The position numbers were made by a program, and so were the translations under genes. Shown in pieces: positions 23,447-37,890 of a stretch of DNA of 64,000 nucleotides. The notes under the pieces were generated by a model, which searched no databases, was not told the DNA's origin, and was given only the letters and a program-made list of their open reading frames with translations. This DNA is from Balanoglossus misakiensis (taxonomy: Eukaryota > Animalia > Hemichordata), in contig CM082596.2 of assembly GCA_040954595.2 (NCBI GenBank), positions 7,142,791 through 7,206,790 on the forward strand, written 5' to 3'. The first letter of the stretch is position 1. Each line of letters starts with the position of its first letter.

Positions 23447-23639
23447 TTAAAGGTATACAGTCACCTCCAATTTGCATACACCCATATATGGCTAAAATGG
23501 CGTATTGGAGCGTTCTAAAGAACGTATGGTGGCGCTCTTTTTTTCGCGTGTGCCACCCACCAAAAATCTGTGATTGGCTAGGTCTCAATTTGCCTGTGTA
23601 ACTGTAACTAAATTTGCATAGGTGACCGTATACCTTTAA
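23447..23639. mobile_element. MITE family B (AGGTATACAGTCACCT TIRs, TTAA TSD) in the XRCC3 3' UTR region
   Basis: TTAA|AGGTATACAGTCACCT ... AGGTGACCGTATACCT|TTAA; reverse-complement match to 57561-57755. Confidence 0.88.
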
Positions 23640-23990
23640 CCCAACAGAGAAGCCTTCAACTTTTGATCTGTGACTGGATACCAGCAAGTTCTTTTTCAGT
23701 GCATTGGTTTGAAACCGCATGCTTGACATAATGGTATGGGAGCCTCAGTGCTTAAGGTGCTATTTTTCTGTCAAAGCATGGTTACCAGTATAAACCATGT
23801 TGAAAGAGATAAATGAAAATTAAACAGGTTAACATCACAACTTCATTTCTGTGTGTTAGAACATTTGTATACATCTATTTTTGTCAGGGGCAATCCTTGA
23901 TTGTTGCAAGGAGGGTCATAAAAGCTTATTTGATGTATTTTTTAATGGAAAATCAGTATGAGAATTACACTAACAGGTTCCTTGTATTTC

Positions 23991-24005
23991 AATAAATCAA
24001 ATAAA
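23991..24005 (+). terminator. Candidate XRCC3 polyadenylation signals (tandem AATAAA)
   Basis: AATAAA at 23991 and 24000, followed by GT/T-rich sequence, ~590 nt after the stop codon. Confidence 0.5.
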
Positions 24006-27000
24006 AGTATGTGTTGAATTTTGTTGATGAACAATTTTGTAACATTTTACACTACATTTATAAGCACACTGAATAAATTGAAGTTTGGAAATATTTTAAT
24101 TTAAAAAGTTTTGATTCCAACTGTGTTCACATAAACTGCTTGTGTGAATTTGCCTGGTAATTAAAGTACTTTGCATTGTCATGTAGAACAAACTGCTACA
24201 CCACTCACAGTACCTCTGTACCCCTGCAAAAATTAAAATAACCCCTAACTATGTGTACTTTTGCGACGAAATACACTAGAACACTCTCCTAGTTTTCAAC
24301 CTGAAGTGCCAACACAGTGCTAAAGAAATCCATTGTCACACCTCCCCTGGACAAATGTATTGTCAATATCAAATTCAGCTGTTCAGTCAGTACACAGTAC
24401 TTAGTGTGTTGGCAAATCCTGAATTGACATAGCGTAGGAAATATTTCTTAAAGCGTATACCAAAACTCAGTAAGAATGAGAAAGTTAGATAACTCATGCA
24501 CACAAAAAATGGCAATTTTCCATAAATCAGTTTCGTTATTTTATCAATAAGTAAGCAGTGTCTCCAAGAAACGTGCCAAACTCTCACTCGACAAAATTTA
24601 AGTTGGTACTCCCACTGACAGAAACCTCGTTAGCGCGACTCAAAAAAATCGCCTTCTTTACAATTTTACGAGAGAGAGAAAAAAAACGCCTTAAATGGTG
24701 AAATGATATACGGGGAGATAAACGAGTTTACCCAGGGAAGCATTGATATTTGTCGTTTTAATGAGTTTCACATTTTATGTGTAACCTGGGTTGATTCCAC
24801 GACACTCCCGTCCCCAACTTTCCCAGTTGATATCGAATCAATAAGTCAAGATTATTGTTTCGTTTTGTAATTACTGTCGGAATTCAATTTGATCAGCTTT
24901 TTTCCTCTCTTTAAATTACCGTGGACTGGTGCGTAAAGTGGCTTAGAGCACCGTACGTCGCTGTCATCTCGCGGTGATTGCTAACGTATGACTTCGCCTC
25001 ACAAATGAGTGCTTTATTGTTGCAATTATCCCAAAACCCACTCGCTTTTTTTGCGGTATAGCAAGCCAGCGATATAATGATTTCTTTAATATAGTAAGGG
25101 GAGAAATTAATTCTTCGAGTTTTGAGTATTTTTCGTGGGGCTCGAGAAGATATACACGGGGAATGACTGGCGTAAAATGAAACGCGTGTTCGATCGTCGG
25201 TACAATGCCCGGTAATTGGCGTACAAACACTAGAGCAATAATAGCGGACGTAATTGCCCGCTAGTGACTCTTTCATTGGGAGTGTGCTGCCTGTCGTCGT
25301 CGCTACTCGTTTTACGCTCGTTTAATCCTCCTCGGTAATATTCAGCGGATTCCATCCGCGCGTCGCTCTCCCAGGAAATCGGTTCAGGAAAGCGCAAACT
25401 CTGTCTTTCTCCGTGCCGGCAGCCCGTTAGGTCAAAACCGAAGCGCAACGGAACAACCACTGTTCTCAGTACAGTCCCCGATACAGCCTATACCGGTTTC
25501 CTTCTCGACAAAAAGTTAAAATCGACATTCACACCAGTGGGTATATCGACCGGAATAAAAAAAACTAACTTCTTACAATTTCGTCCGACTGATGCAAAGG
25601 CTTTGAAATCTAGACGCCCCGGTTTCGTATCGCTTTTTTACTATTATAACAATTACCAGTAACAATTTCCTTGTAATAAGAAAGAGGGAACTCGCCGAAT
25701 GTTTTTTTTGCGGTATTATTTGCCAATTAAGTGCGCGCTTATACAGCGGAGAAGTACACGCTATTTCAGATTAGTAGCAGCAAGCCACGTATAATTGGCA
25801 GTTACTCTCTTATTATAATGGGCTACTTTGTTCCAATTCACCAGTTCTCTCTTCATTATTCCACTCCCTCGTATATTAGTCCCTATACCTACTACCAGCC
25901 GTCTTTCAGCGTTTTCTCAATGCCCCATAGGTAGGGTCTTTCACGCGCCCCATCCATCCCCCTTAACAATTTCCCCCCATTTAACAGCCCCTTATAAAGT
26001 AATTATCGAGTTTTGAAAGGCTCTATTACGGTGAGATGGACCGGGATTGAAAGGTGGCGAAGTTCTGTATTATTTCCGACGGAGTTCTCCTTACAGTGCT
26101 TCTCGGTTTGTGCTCGGTGGCGGTGAGAATAGGGGGAAATCATTCCGAGTCGTTGGAGCTCTTCACGGACACGGTGGTGGGGCTTTTGAGACTGGGATTT
26201 TGAAAGGCCCGCTTTTATTGGCGGCGCCTCCGTTTCGTGCGAGCCTCCGTGCGCGATTCAATGCCTGGTGACAGCCTATCAGATCAATCTGCTTTTAAAG
26301 AGCTGAAAGACTTGGTTGAATTTGTTCTCAGTTCTTGTGGATGTGTCAATCATCTCTGAGTGTATCTCTGTTTGTGTCCGTGCCTGTGTGTTCCTGTCTG
26401 TCTGCAAAGTGTCTGTCGGTCGGTCCCCTCTCTCTTTCTCTGTGTCTATCTGTCTCTGTCTCTCCGAGCTTCTTGCCTGACAGAATCTCCATCGCTACCC
26501 CCCCCTCCCGCCCTCTGCCCACCTTCCCCCTCTCCACCCCTCCCCAGTCCTACACATCCAAACCATTTGTGTTTTATCTGTACATAATCTCTGTGGGACT
26601 GTACTGAGTCTCACGAATGCTATTAAACTCATAAACAGGCACACTACAAGTCAATGCCATTCCTCCCCGCCACGCCCGCCTCGCTCGGTCCGCGACGTGC
26701 ACACCGCTTCCGAAGAGAATCTCCCCGCGCAGATTATACAAAAATCAAATGCCATTTCTTTATTATTAGGATAAACGCAGCGGTCTCTCGCAAATTCAAG
26801 TTAAACCGCGCAGCTCCCCATCGTGTGTTCAACTTATTAAATAACAATGGCTGCGAGTCATCTCAGCGAGGATGATGATTAGCCGAGTGCAATTATGGAA
26901 TCCATGATAGACCCGGACAGGTTAATTGTGTAGTTTTTTTCACGGAATTCGTTTAAAAACCACCTCTCTGCAATTAAGTCGTTATATTTAAGCATACCAT

Positions 27001-28240
27001 TTTCCAAATCGTTACTTATGCTTTAACTGTAGCTTGAATTGGTTCATAATCGGCATGTTATAAAAAAATCGCTCTAATTTGTTTCAAATAAGCATTTTTG
27101 CCTGCTGTATGACTGCAATGCTCAGTATACTTTGTGTTTCATTTTTGTTCTCATTTCCTTAACAGCATTAATCTTTTTTTTTTTTACGTATTGTATAACT
27201 CTGTAGACTTTCCACCGCAATTTCCGATCGCCCAAAACACTTTGGTCGCGTTCTCTAAAACCATGATGGCAATGGGAGACGATTTGCGGCTAAGCCCATG
27301 TAGTATACTGGCCGCAAAGGTCGATGGAAATTTGCAAAACGGTTCGGATGCAGATGATCGCACGAATGTGAAAGTTCGATGGTAAAAAAAATCACCCGTT
27401 GGAAGTTGATTGGGGACGTTTTTTTAATGCATTCCCCGGTGAAAATTGGCGCATTATTTGTTCGCGGGGACTGCGTGGGGAGTTCAGCGGGTGCCGTGTC
27501 GGTTGGCCGTCCGAAAAGACACGCGCGTTCGAGAGAGATGACGTCTGGGGCCCGCCAATTTTCTATACGTTTGCGCACGGAGTCTGTGGTTTGTGCGACT
27601 GCATCGCCGGCTGTGGCAGCACGACTCGGTGTTATTGAGATCAGCAATACCTTGCCCGGTCTAATTACTTCCCCCACTGGCATTTCTTTCGTTATCCCAG
27701 TCGATAACACAGATAATTGCTCGCCACTTTCCAGAAATTGGAACCAAAGGCTTTTGTAACTTCAGTATTATCACGGAGAGAGAAAAAAAAACTAGCCGCC
27801 AAATCACCGAAATTACTGCCCGTCTTGCCTCTTATTACGCGAACACACGCAAAAAAATCGTCGCAAACAAGCGAAAATCACTTCCCAGTCGCTCTGAAGA
27901 AAAACAGTGACTTCAATTTTGATTCGACGAAGTCCTGTCAAGTAGTGACACAATTATGCTTGAATTCTTCGCCCCAAAGTTTTGAGTTGGTTAGTCTTGT
28001 GATATCAACGTCTGATTTGAACGCTTGCCGGGACCGCTCCCTGTTTTAGTGGCGACCAATGGGAATCGCTCAAGTGATGTCACTGCGGTACTGGGTCTGC
28101 CGGGGAATAAACGCTTGTTGAAAATAATGTGAAAGTTGAAATCGTATTTTCGAAGGGTAGTGTAACATTTTATAGCTTCAACGTTTCTTGTTCGCTCTGT
28201 CGACTGTTTTGCACCAGTGAAATACGGGGTGTTGGCTTCA

Positions 28241-28256
28241 CATCATCATCATTAAT

Positions 28257-28336
<80 letters not shown>
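28241..28336. repeat. (ATC)n microsatellite
   Basis: Directly visible. Confidence 0.97.
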
Positions 28337-31300
28337 GTTTTCTCTTTACTCCATCACTTGTATGCAACGAATGCACACGTTTGCAAAAACTAAATAGTAT
28401 CCAACTTTATCATCATGATATTTCCATCGCTGTGCTAAGTAAGTTCAGGGTCAGTGTTATTCGCGCGTATATTTCACCGGATAATTTAATGGAAGATATA
28501 ATTGGTGCAACTTTCCTTGTATTGGCTAATTTCTTGTAATTTGATGTTGAAATTAAGCGTAGATAATAATCAATAATCTTCCAATTGTTTGCGTTTACCG
28601 GCAGCGGCCGAGGTGTGAGAAACAAAAATGTAAGCGCCTCGTTGATAGATTTTCAGACGAAAATAATAGCCCTCCTAACCTTTTCAATTTGTTGCTATAT
28701 TAAAGTGTGGTATTTGAGTCTTTTTCAAAAACAAAGACGATAACAGAGTGTTCACCGCATTGTTTTCATAAAAATCACTACTTTTAATTTTCTCTGTAGG
28801 GTTAACACAGAGATTGGTGGCCATTTTGAATTTTCAACTTTGAGTGTCAGACGACTTAGCTCTATCAATTCACAATTCTGTGCACGGTGTCCCACAATTT
28901 TAATTTTATTTTCAATTGAAGAGAAAATAACCTAAAGTTGCCTTTAAGCAAAACGATAGAAAGCAAGTTTAAGACTTTGATTTTCGTGGCGCGTAATAGT
29001 GCTGTACCTAAAAACGGGAACAAGACATCGCGTTTGAAAGAACTACAGAATGGATCGCGTCCCAATCGGCGTCCTCTAGTAATTCGATCCGGAGCGTTAA
29101 TCCTGACGAACACGATCTCGGTTAGTAGCCCTGTTCGAAATTGTGTTTTAAATTAGATAGTGTGGCAGATATACGGCTATCGTGTAACCCATTGATCGGC
29201 TTGTCAAGTCTCTCCCGTCGCATTACCCCCCTTCATTCCCTTTCCCCCCAGAATACAACACCGCCTTGTTCTGCAAATCGCTGCCAAATGATGTGGTACT
29301 AATTCGTCAATTAGTCCATTAACACGTCAGATTTTTTTTCCCGCCAATCCGCCAACTAAGTCGGGGCAGTAGATCTCTCCCGTGAGTAATCCTACCCGCC
29401 AGAGAGAATGTAATCGCAAGGCCGATATATACGCAGTCTATAACCGAAACTCGCGAACCTCAATGAACACGGGGGATATTAGAAAATGAAAAGTTACGGC
29501 CGCATCGCCACTGAATAGGAGATAATTACATAGCTGTAAATCGGATTCTCCCCTATCGAAGTATCAAATACCGATAAATATCGTAATTAATCAAATGTTA
29601 TCTTTTATAAAGAAATAATCAAAGGCGAATAAAGGAAGGCGAAGCGACTCGAACACGTAACTGATGTTGCTTTCAAATGAAAGCAAATTACATTGTGATT
29701 CTTTTGTTGTGTGTCGAGCACATTTATTCAACGGAAACGGAAGTTCTGTAATACCAAAGGGCAGCCATGTAATAGCACCTTTAACCTTAGCAAATGATTG
29801 TGCTGTTGATTCTGTGGTACCCTCGAGAACCGCGTTAATTTGGGGAGAAAAAAATTGAAACGTGTATAATAATAAACATTTGTCTGATAGATGTTAATAT
29901 CGGGTGGTTCGTTTCACTGTGCGTCGTGGTGGCGAAACGGTTTCACAGCGCTCGCCTTGTTATAGAAGGACGGCCGTGGGGAAATTCTCTCCTCCCAAAG
30001 ACACGGCAACGTCACAGAGGCATTTGGATGTAGGGGGGAGGGGGAGGGGGAGGGGGGGGGTAGAGAGCGAACGACATCGCAATGTCATCGCCAGTACTCG
30101 AGTGTGTCCTCAACACAACGCGCGAGGAGTCTAACATATTGAAATTATCTTTTTTTATGTTGACTTTCATTTCGTTCCAATTAACCACAGCTTCTGTGCG
30201 GAAAGAATAACCCAAACTCCTCGCGTGCTTGACTAAACACAAAATATTCTTCGCCACCTCACAAACCCCACTGATACTTCTCCCTCCCCCTCCCCCTCCC
30301 CCTCCCTGCGCAACGACTCTTGACATGTCTCCCCCTAGCAGCTCTTCACTTCTTCTCCCTTCATCAACCGAAATTGGCGGCCGGCGTGCCATTCAACAAT
30401 CCCAGCGTATTCATTATGCAAGAGCGAGCCCCGTCAATCACGGAACAGCTTCCCCCGACTAATCTGCCATTTAATATCGGCGCATCATATTAAATGCCAT
30501 ATCTCACACCATTGAAGCCCCGTCGCACATGTCGCGCTCGGGGTCAAAAAATCAATTCATTTATTTATTTATCAACACATAAGAGATTCGCCCTCTGACT
30601 ACAATATACGGTGAGTGTCTTGGGAGCGCGCCCCGTTATCTACATCGACTGCCTGTCCGCTTCGTTTTAAGTGATTAACCCGGATATGTTTCATTTTTGA
30701 GCAGCAAAGCTTGCATCTCCACTTGGGCCTTGCTCTGCCGAGATATGTCAGGGGAAAGTCAATTGCATTGTTCCAGCGCGACTTCATATATAAATCAAAT
30801 CTAAGTAATGCACTTTAAGTAAATTAGCGGCGCGCACAACAGTCACTTGCGCGTCAAGAAACAATGACCCCCCGAAAACAGGCAGGCGCTCCATTAGCGC
30901 CATTAGAATCAAAAATAAACAATATAATCGAAATATTAAATAAAACGCATGCTCTGCTGAGGAAAGAAAATAAGATATGATGAAAATTCAATTTACTACA
31001 AAAGGAAACCTTCTTGAACTGCGTTAGTGCATCACTTGAAATGCTAATCAATAGGAGGTGGCCCCCGGGGTAATAGTAATTGGGCCATTACTCATGGAAT
31101 ATGCTGCATGGGGCTAACCTTAGAAAACTATGTTATGTCTAGCTGTCAAGATCAAACCGGTGAATAACTGTGGTTTGATGTGCTAGAGTCGATTCCGTTG
31201 TAAAAAAAAAGTGACTTGCTTTTTTGACAATTAACAATGGAAATTTGTGAATGTTTTTTTAATTCACTGATTATAATAGGGTTAGGATTTACGCGTGGAA

Positions 31301-31364
31301 ACTTCCTTGCGTTTATATGTGCCGTCGGGAGAGAGTGAGAGAACGGGGGACGGAGGGACAGACA

Positions 31365-31367
<3 letters not shown>

Positions 31368-31418
<51 letters not shown>
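31368..31418. repeat. (CA)n microsatellite
   Basis: Directly visible; flanked by degenerate GA/GACA repeats. Confidence 0.97.
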
Positions 31419-31420
<2 letters not shown>

Positions 31421-34400
31421 GGCAGAGAGACAGACAGACACGGACAATCCATCAGAAATACAAACTGAAACAGACACACAGAGAACATGCGCACACACCC
31501 TCATACACACACAAGCAAATACAAAATCGATTTCACACAAAGGTGAGAACACGACTAAAAGTCGTGGCATGTTTGAACCAGGGGCATAGACACATCCATG
31601 TTCTGTTCTGAGACAATTCCGCTACATCTCTCTCAAAGTCTGCCAGTCCTGCCTTGTCAACACGCATTTACGTATACCTTAACCTTGAACTTGGAAGAAC
31701 ATTGAAATTAACTTTGTTTTTCGCGAAGGCACTTGAAGGGATCTGCGCAGGAGTATATAGGCCTTTGTTGGGGTTTAATGCAAGGGTATTTATTTGGGGG
31801 GATATTCTCATTGAATTTATCCAATTGCCGCAATTACATACATCTGTCGGGGCCCGGAAAGGCCCACGAGCACCCCCTCCCGTTCTGGCAATTACTCGAA
31901 AACACCAACCAATTTGAGAGCGATTGTTAATTATTTGAACAGTAAAAATTAATTTCGATCAATGTGAATGCTGTGTAATTGACTCGGAAGAAAGCGTTCG
32001 TGTAAGCCCACCAAACTACAATACAATAAAGTCCTATAGAGGATATTTTTCATCTAAACGCCGTGAAAAACAATCGGCGATTAATAAAGAGACGCGCGAA
32101 CAAGATAGTGGAGATTTGGATTATCTCCTTGAACATACCGTGAGTTACGTTTATACATCAATTATTGCGCCCGCTTTGAATTTTGAATTTCGTGTTCGTA
32201 GTACACGAACAAAGACGGGGAATAAGTTGCCATTGGTAATGCACTGAATTCCAAACGATTCTTGCAAGTACTTGTGTAATAGACATCACTACGGTAATCG
32301 CAGCGTTATGCGTTGAAATGGGTTATTAATAGCAGATTTTTTTCATTCGTCAAATCATTACTGTAACATTAAAGGGACAGGGGCGCTCACTTTTTGGCAG
32401 TGTTTTTGTTATTTTAGTTTCTTTTGGAAGCTTGTTTGTTTTGAACTTTTGTTCAGCTCACTGAAATATGTTAAATGACTGCTTATTACAAATCATCCAA
32501 GACCCATACACTATAAAAGGTTGGCTCTCAAACGCGAATGTCATTATTTTTGGTTAATACCAAAAATTATTCCCTGGTTTTAATGGATGTAACCATCTGA
32601 ATATTGGTGTGTTTAGAAGAATAAGCACAGTTTAACGATGGATAAACTATGGGCATGTTTCCAGTTGTAAAAATCTGAAGTTTCCCTAATTTAGCCCCGG
32701 CTATCAATCCACTAGCATCTACAGGCCTCATCTTCTCAGTACATGTATATCATTCGTCGTCTCCCATCTGTCGGTCTGTCCGTGTCGACTGCCGGCTATC
32801 CCGGCCGGCGGCCACCCACCCATCCGTGTTGGTCACATACCACTGATATTGAGCTGTTCTAAAACTGCGTTTCGCATCAAAATACTTCACGGACGTTATT
32901 TGCTTTGTGCGGGAAGGAAAATATCATAACTGACGCAACATTCTGTGTCGTTGCAGACCAGACGGAACATACAGTACACACAAAAGCGATAACAAAACAC
33001 CTGGGCAGTTACATGTACATGCAAAGCGGGGAGGAGGGGGGGGGGGCCTCTTTCTAATCAGCCCGTTATCGCTGATTACAAGCGTGTAGTGCAATGTATT
33101 AAAAGCACCGCATTATTGAAATTACGTTAGCAAAAATCAGATTTTTCCTGTAACAACTAATTCGCGTCACTGCCAGCGATGCAATGAGTTTAATTTAGAG
33201 CGTATTCATTTAGAAGTAATTCTATCATTCTAATTTCGAGTAAATTATTAATTAATCTAATGAAATCTAATAAGTCAGATAAGTTCACTAATGTGAAGTG
33301 AAACGAGATGGCATTGAAGACGCATTACAAGCCCCGGGACATCAAAAAGAGCTTTTCAAAACACAATACTTATTAATAGTAATTAGTCTTCAATGATTAT
33401 CAATTATTAATTTCCAGTGCTATCATTACAGTTATTTTGTTCTCTGGAACAGATTACTTTCATAATATTCCGGCTGAAGGACGAATGCATTGGAGTCCGT
33501 CCCACACTCTGTTCGATTGCTGTTTCTCAGTTGGGAAATTCCCAACCAGCCCATTGCCTGGGCGCTACTTACCGACTGCGAAGGACGCTTGATTAAGTCT
33601 CCTGCGCGCATGCATCGTTTTACGAGCGAATGTAACTTTTGAACATCAACCCATTGAACGACATTTTTCCCCTGTCAACATTTATCATTTCACACATTTT
33701 CCCCCTCAATTCTAGACCAAGTGGACGCAATTTTCCATTGTCTGCAGATCCTGATCAAAATTTTAGGGAGAAAATGCGCTAAATTAAAGTTATTGGGTTA
33801 ATTTTGTGAGAAAAAACGATGACAAACTGACTATAAATGGCGTTGAAAGGGTTAAATGAGATGTATACTACGTGCATATGGTCAAATCGTGTTCGCTTGG
33901 ATCACGCCAGGGCAATGTAATTTCGAAATTGTCTGATATTCCACAGCCTTCCCGGTTTCATTTTCGCATTTCATAACCGCCATGAGCACATGTCTGGAAT
34001 TGCAATATTAGCTATTCCACGGGACGCAACGGCTGCACATGGACATTGTTCGCTTTATTTTGTTTCGTATGATGAAACGATCCATTTTTAATTTAACCGT
34101 CGGGACGCCTGATGGACCCCAATTCTGAGCGCAGGAAAAGTATATTCCGATATAAAACGAATATAAGGCGATTCTTTGTGTTGAAATGATGGTCCATGGG
34201 AGGATACTAGAACTTGGATTCCGATCTCATATTTTCAAGTTCTCAAGCCCCCTGCCTGTACTTCTATTTTCAAACGCCACAGTTAGTGTTGTAAGAGGGA
34301 AATTCCTTTGTCTCTGTTTCCGTCTGTCCCTCTCGGCCTGTCTCTGTTTCTCCCTCTCTCTCTCCATCTGTCTCGGTGAGTCTTCGCTCACTCACAGTGT

Positions 34401-37400
34401 CCATCTTTTCTTTCTATAACGAGAAAGAAGTATAAAAAAGTGAGAATTCGCACGGTCAAAAAAACTTGAAAGGGCATATGTTATGCAGGTGATTGTTTTT
34501 AGCCTTTTGTTTCCCAGTCACCAGTTCCGCGTACAGATAATGGGTCTAGTGTTTATATCCATAGAAATATGGACATTTAAGCACATCAACATATATGGGC
34601 CTTTAAATGCGTTAGGGGCATCCGACGAAAAGCTAGCCGCAAACTCAAGTTTCTCATTGAAGAAAAAAATCTCATAACCCAAACTCCGACATAGACAGGA
34701 ATACACAAAGTGTTCAGTTAGGCAGCCTCCAAAAGCTGTTGATGGTTGCGCAATTGACATGTCATCATAAATGGTGACCGATTTCGACATGTCATAACTT
34801 TTCTTCATGATTCGCGATGAAGACTTGTCTTTATTGGCCTTGCATGCATATATGTCAGTTTTACAACGGATATCAAATAGAAATTTTGAGCAGCTCCCGG
34901 GACCTGAAAGGGGTTCCGCTTGATGTAACTTTATTCAATTCATAGTATGGTCTGTTGGTTTTTTTTGCGACGTCGCAGTTCATCCGCGCGGTAGCTCAAC
35001 CCGCAATAAATGGCTGCTAATTGCCGTTGAACTCGCAGAATAAATTTCCCGCTTGGCTAGAGACACCCGCTCGTCCGCTAACCGCTAGTGTATACCTTGG
35101 CGAACGTCAATATGCCGTGGCGTGTTGTCATTGAAATATTAATTGCATATCTCCGCGCGCGCGCCCTTGCATACCAAGCGCTCGCGCGTGTCGTGTTTGA
35201 ACGCGCGAGCTTCCAGTGGTAACCTTGGAGGGTCGACTCCCGTTTAATCCAGAACATCGATACACACCATGATGGTTTTTCGCAATATACAAAGCAAGAG
35301 CTGTTTTGGTTGTTGTGCTGTTTTTATTTGGATTTCCGTGCTTGTACACATTCTTGTCGCAGAAATCCCTGAGGCAATGTGAGACAAAATACTACCCGAT
35401 ATTGTGTTTATAACAGAATTTTCGGTTTCTTAAGGATACATGCCTAAAAAATAAGAATTGTATGGATTTTCTGACAATCAAGAAAAGTGAAGTACTTGTA
35501 TTGCGCAGACAAATTTAAACACCGTAGCGAAAAACAGAAGAAAACAACATTTCTTCTGAGAACAACTATAGTGTTATGACGTCAATTTACAAGATTCCGG
35601 GAACACCTATAGTACAATTCATGACTCACAGATGGGGGTCGGTTTTTTTTATTCCAATTTAAAGCCAGATCTCGATTACTTTCAGTTCTTCTCTGTGAAA
35701 CTGTCATGTTGTTGTTGGGTTGTTTTTTGCGCAATAGTTGGTAACCGCCCGTACACGCAGCCAATGCCCCGTGCATAATACTGCAAAAAGTTAACCACAT
35801 CCTCTGCATGGGCACGGCCACCGCCGACGGTGCGCCGGGCGACGTCCGCCGGCATGCCCGCAGCGAGAGGCATTGAAACCGGCGATTGGGGCCCAGCGAT
35901 TGTTTAATACACGCCGGGGTTTTTTCTCATGCTTGGGTCGTTGTCGAATCTATAGACACTGCCCCAAGACAACGGACCATCAGTTTAGTTGCAACTAAAT
36001 TCCGATGGGTAACTGTGAAGTCATGTTTTTGAGTGGCGTACATGTATTTAGAACTCCAAAATCCATGTTGAGTATCACTACGGTGCGTTTTATACAATTC
36101 AATTAAAAAAAATTAATCGGTGTCGTATAAGAGGACAAACAAACATCGGTACACAGAAATACTGTTGATGTGAGTCGTAATTAGGTGCTGATCTTTTGTT
36201 TGTTTGTTTGTTTGGTTGGTTGTTGTTGTTGTTGTTGTTGTTTTCGCAAGTCGGGCTAGGCCATTCCTTTAAGCGTTCCTTTAATGTAATATGCAAATAG
36301 GGGTAAAAGTGTCGAGAGCTGCGGTTGACGTTAACACTGGTTACAGCGCCCAAGAATGTGAGGCGTGTGTACTGCAAACCACAGAACAACACTTTTCTAC
36401 AACCTCGCGTAACCCTCAAGTTTTTTTTTTTATAAAGAGTATTGGTGGAAGTAATATTTTGAACTCTTACTGGGTACCCATGACGAACGATGTCTAATTC
36501 GCAGAAACTCAAAAGTGCTTCTCTCGAAATTGCGAGTATTGAAAGGTCAAAACGAAACGTGGCACCGCGCAGGGAAAAAAACAGCGATTGCATCACGTTT
36601 ACGTCACCTGGTTTTCTGCGGTGTTTACTCGGTTGAGATTTTTCACTTTCGTTGAGTGGAAAGCAGAATTGTAGAAACACAGTCTGAATTTGTCGACATT
36701 TGGGCCTGAAAATGTGATATTTTAACACAAATCGGAGCTCACACGTTCTGCGCCGCATCACCTCGATTTAAGTGGGCGCGCGGCGCGCTCATCAAATGGA
36801 ATTTCTAGACGCCCAATTGGCCTAATCCGCGCGTAAAATCAAATCAGTCTGTTAGCGCTGCGACCAACGTATTTCCTAGGTCCAGAATATTCAGCCGTCT
36901 TTAAAAGGTTAGAATCTCACTCACCCCATTAAAACCAGCCATACGGAAATAATTCCATTTACTTAGTTAAACGACAGTATTCACCCGAGAAAGTGCTATG
37001 TGATACTCGGTAACGTAAGAAAGTGAGAGATAGAGAAAAAAAAATCGCCCAGTGTATACACGGGGACACATCCCCGCGCTCCTGTGCGGCTCTCGCCCGT
37101 TGACTCACCGGGAATCTTTTTCGTTATGCCAAAAGTCATTAGCCTCTCCGCCACGGCTTCGTGACTTATGCGCTCCGACGACCCGCGGTGACGCGCTGGC
37201 GACCCGCCTCGCCTGCGCGCCAAACACCCGGTCTCCGCCGCTCGGGCACGGGCGCTCGGAACAAGGGGCGACGAAAACAGACAGTGAACTTCACAATGAA
37301 GCAGTGTTACTGTTTTGCAATTATTCGTTTTAAGTGTTGTGATTTGCAGTTGCTGCCAATTTGCAAAATACCCAGCGTTGGGGAACCTTGATGAACAGAA

Positions 37401-37890
37401 AGCAAATTGTCCCAATTTAGATTTCTGTGATGCGTGCTTTCGTTCTCCATCCCCGGCCCGCTAAACATCACCGCGCTATACAACACGGTATGAAAATGAA
37501 GAAGAAAAAAACGGTAGTCGACATTTTTGACCCAAAAAACAATGGCGGCTTCACTTCGCTCACTGAACAAATCACATTATTCGCAGCGATCACCCAAGCC
37601 CCAAAAATGCAATGCTTGGAATCAAAGCTTGAAAGATTTCTCAGTCCCAAATTCAATTCCGCAAATTGTCTAATCGCAACTGCCACTCTCGGGTTTCGCG
37701 GAGCCTGATTGGGTTCTGGAGAAGGCGAATAGGAAGAGGCCACTAACGGCATGAGCCGTCTGCCTGTGACGGAGTCGAAAGTCGATGACCCTCTACCCTC
37801 GAGTGATACTCAACCAGCCGAATTGTTCCAGTTTTCTTTAAAATCAAGCTATTGTAGTCAAGTAGCAGATTGGAAATCTTCATTACCCTG

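Noticed and set aside
28129-28539. Poly-Ser / poly-Asp ORFs
   Set aside because: Translations of the (ATC)n microsatellite.
36099-36761. 220-aa minus-strand ORF, the longest in the gene desert
   Set aside because: No recognisable domain; it runs through (AAC)/(AAAC) microsatellite and poly-A sequence, and its composition is typical of a chance ORF.
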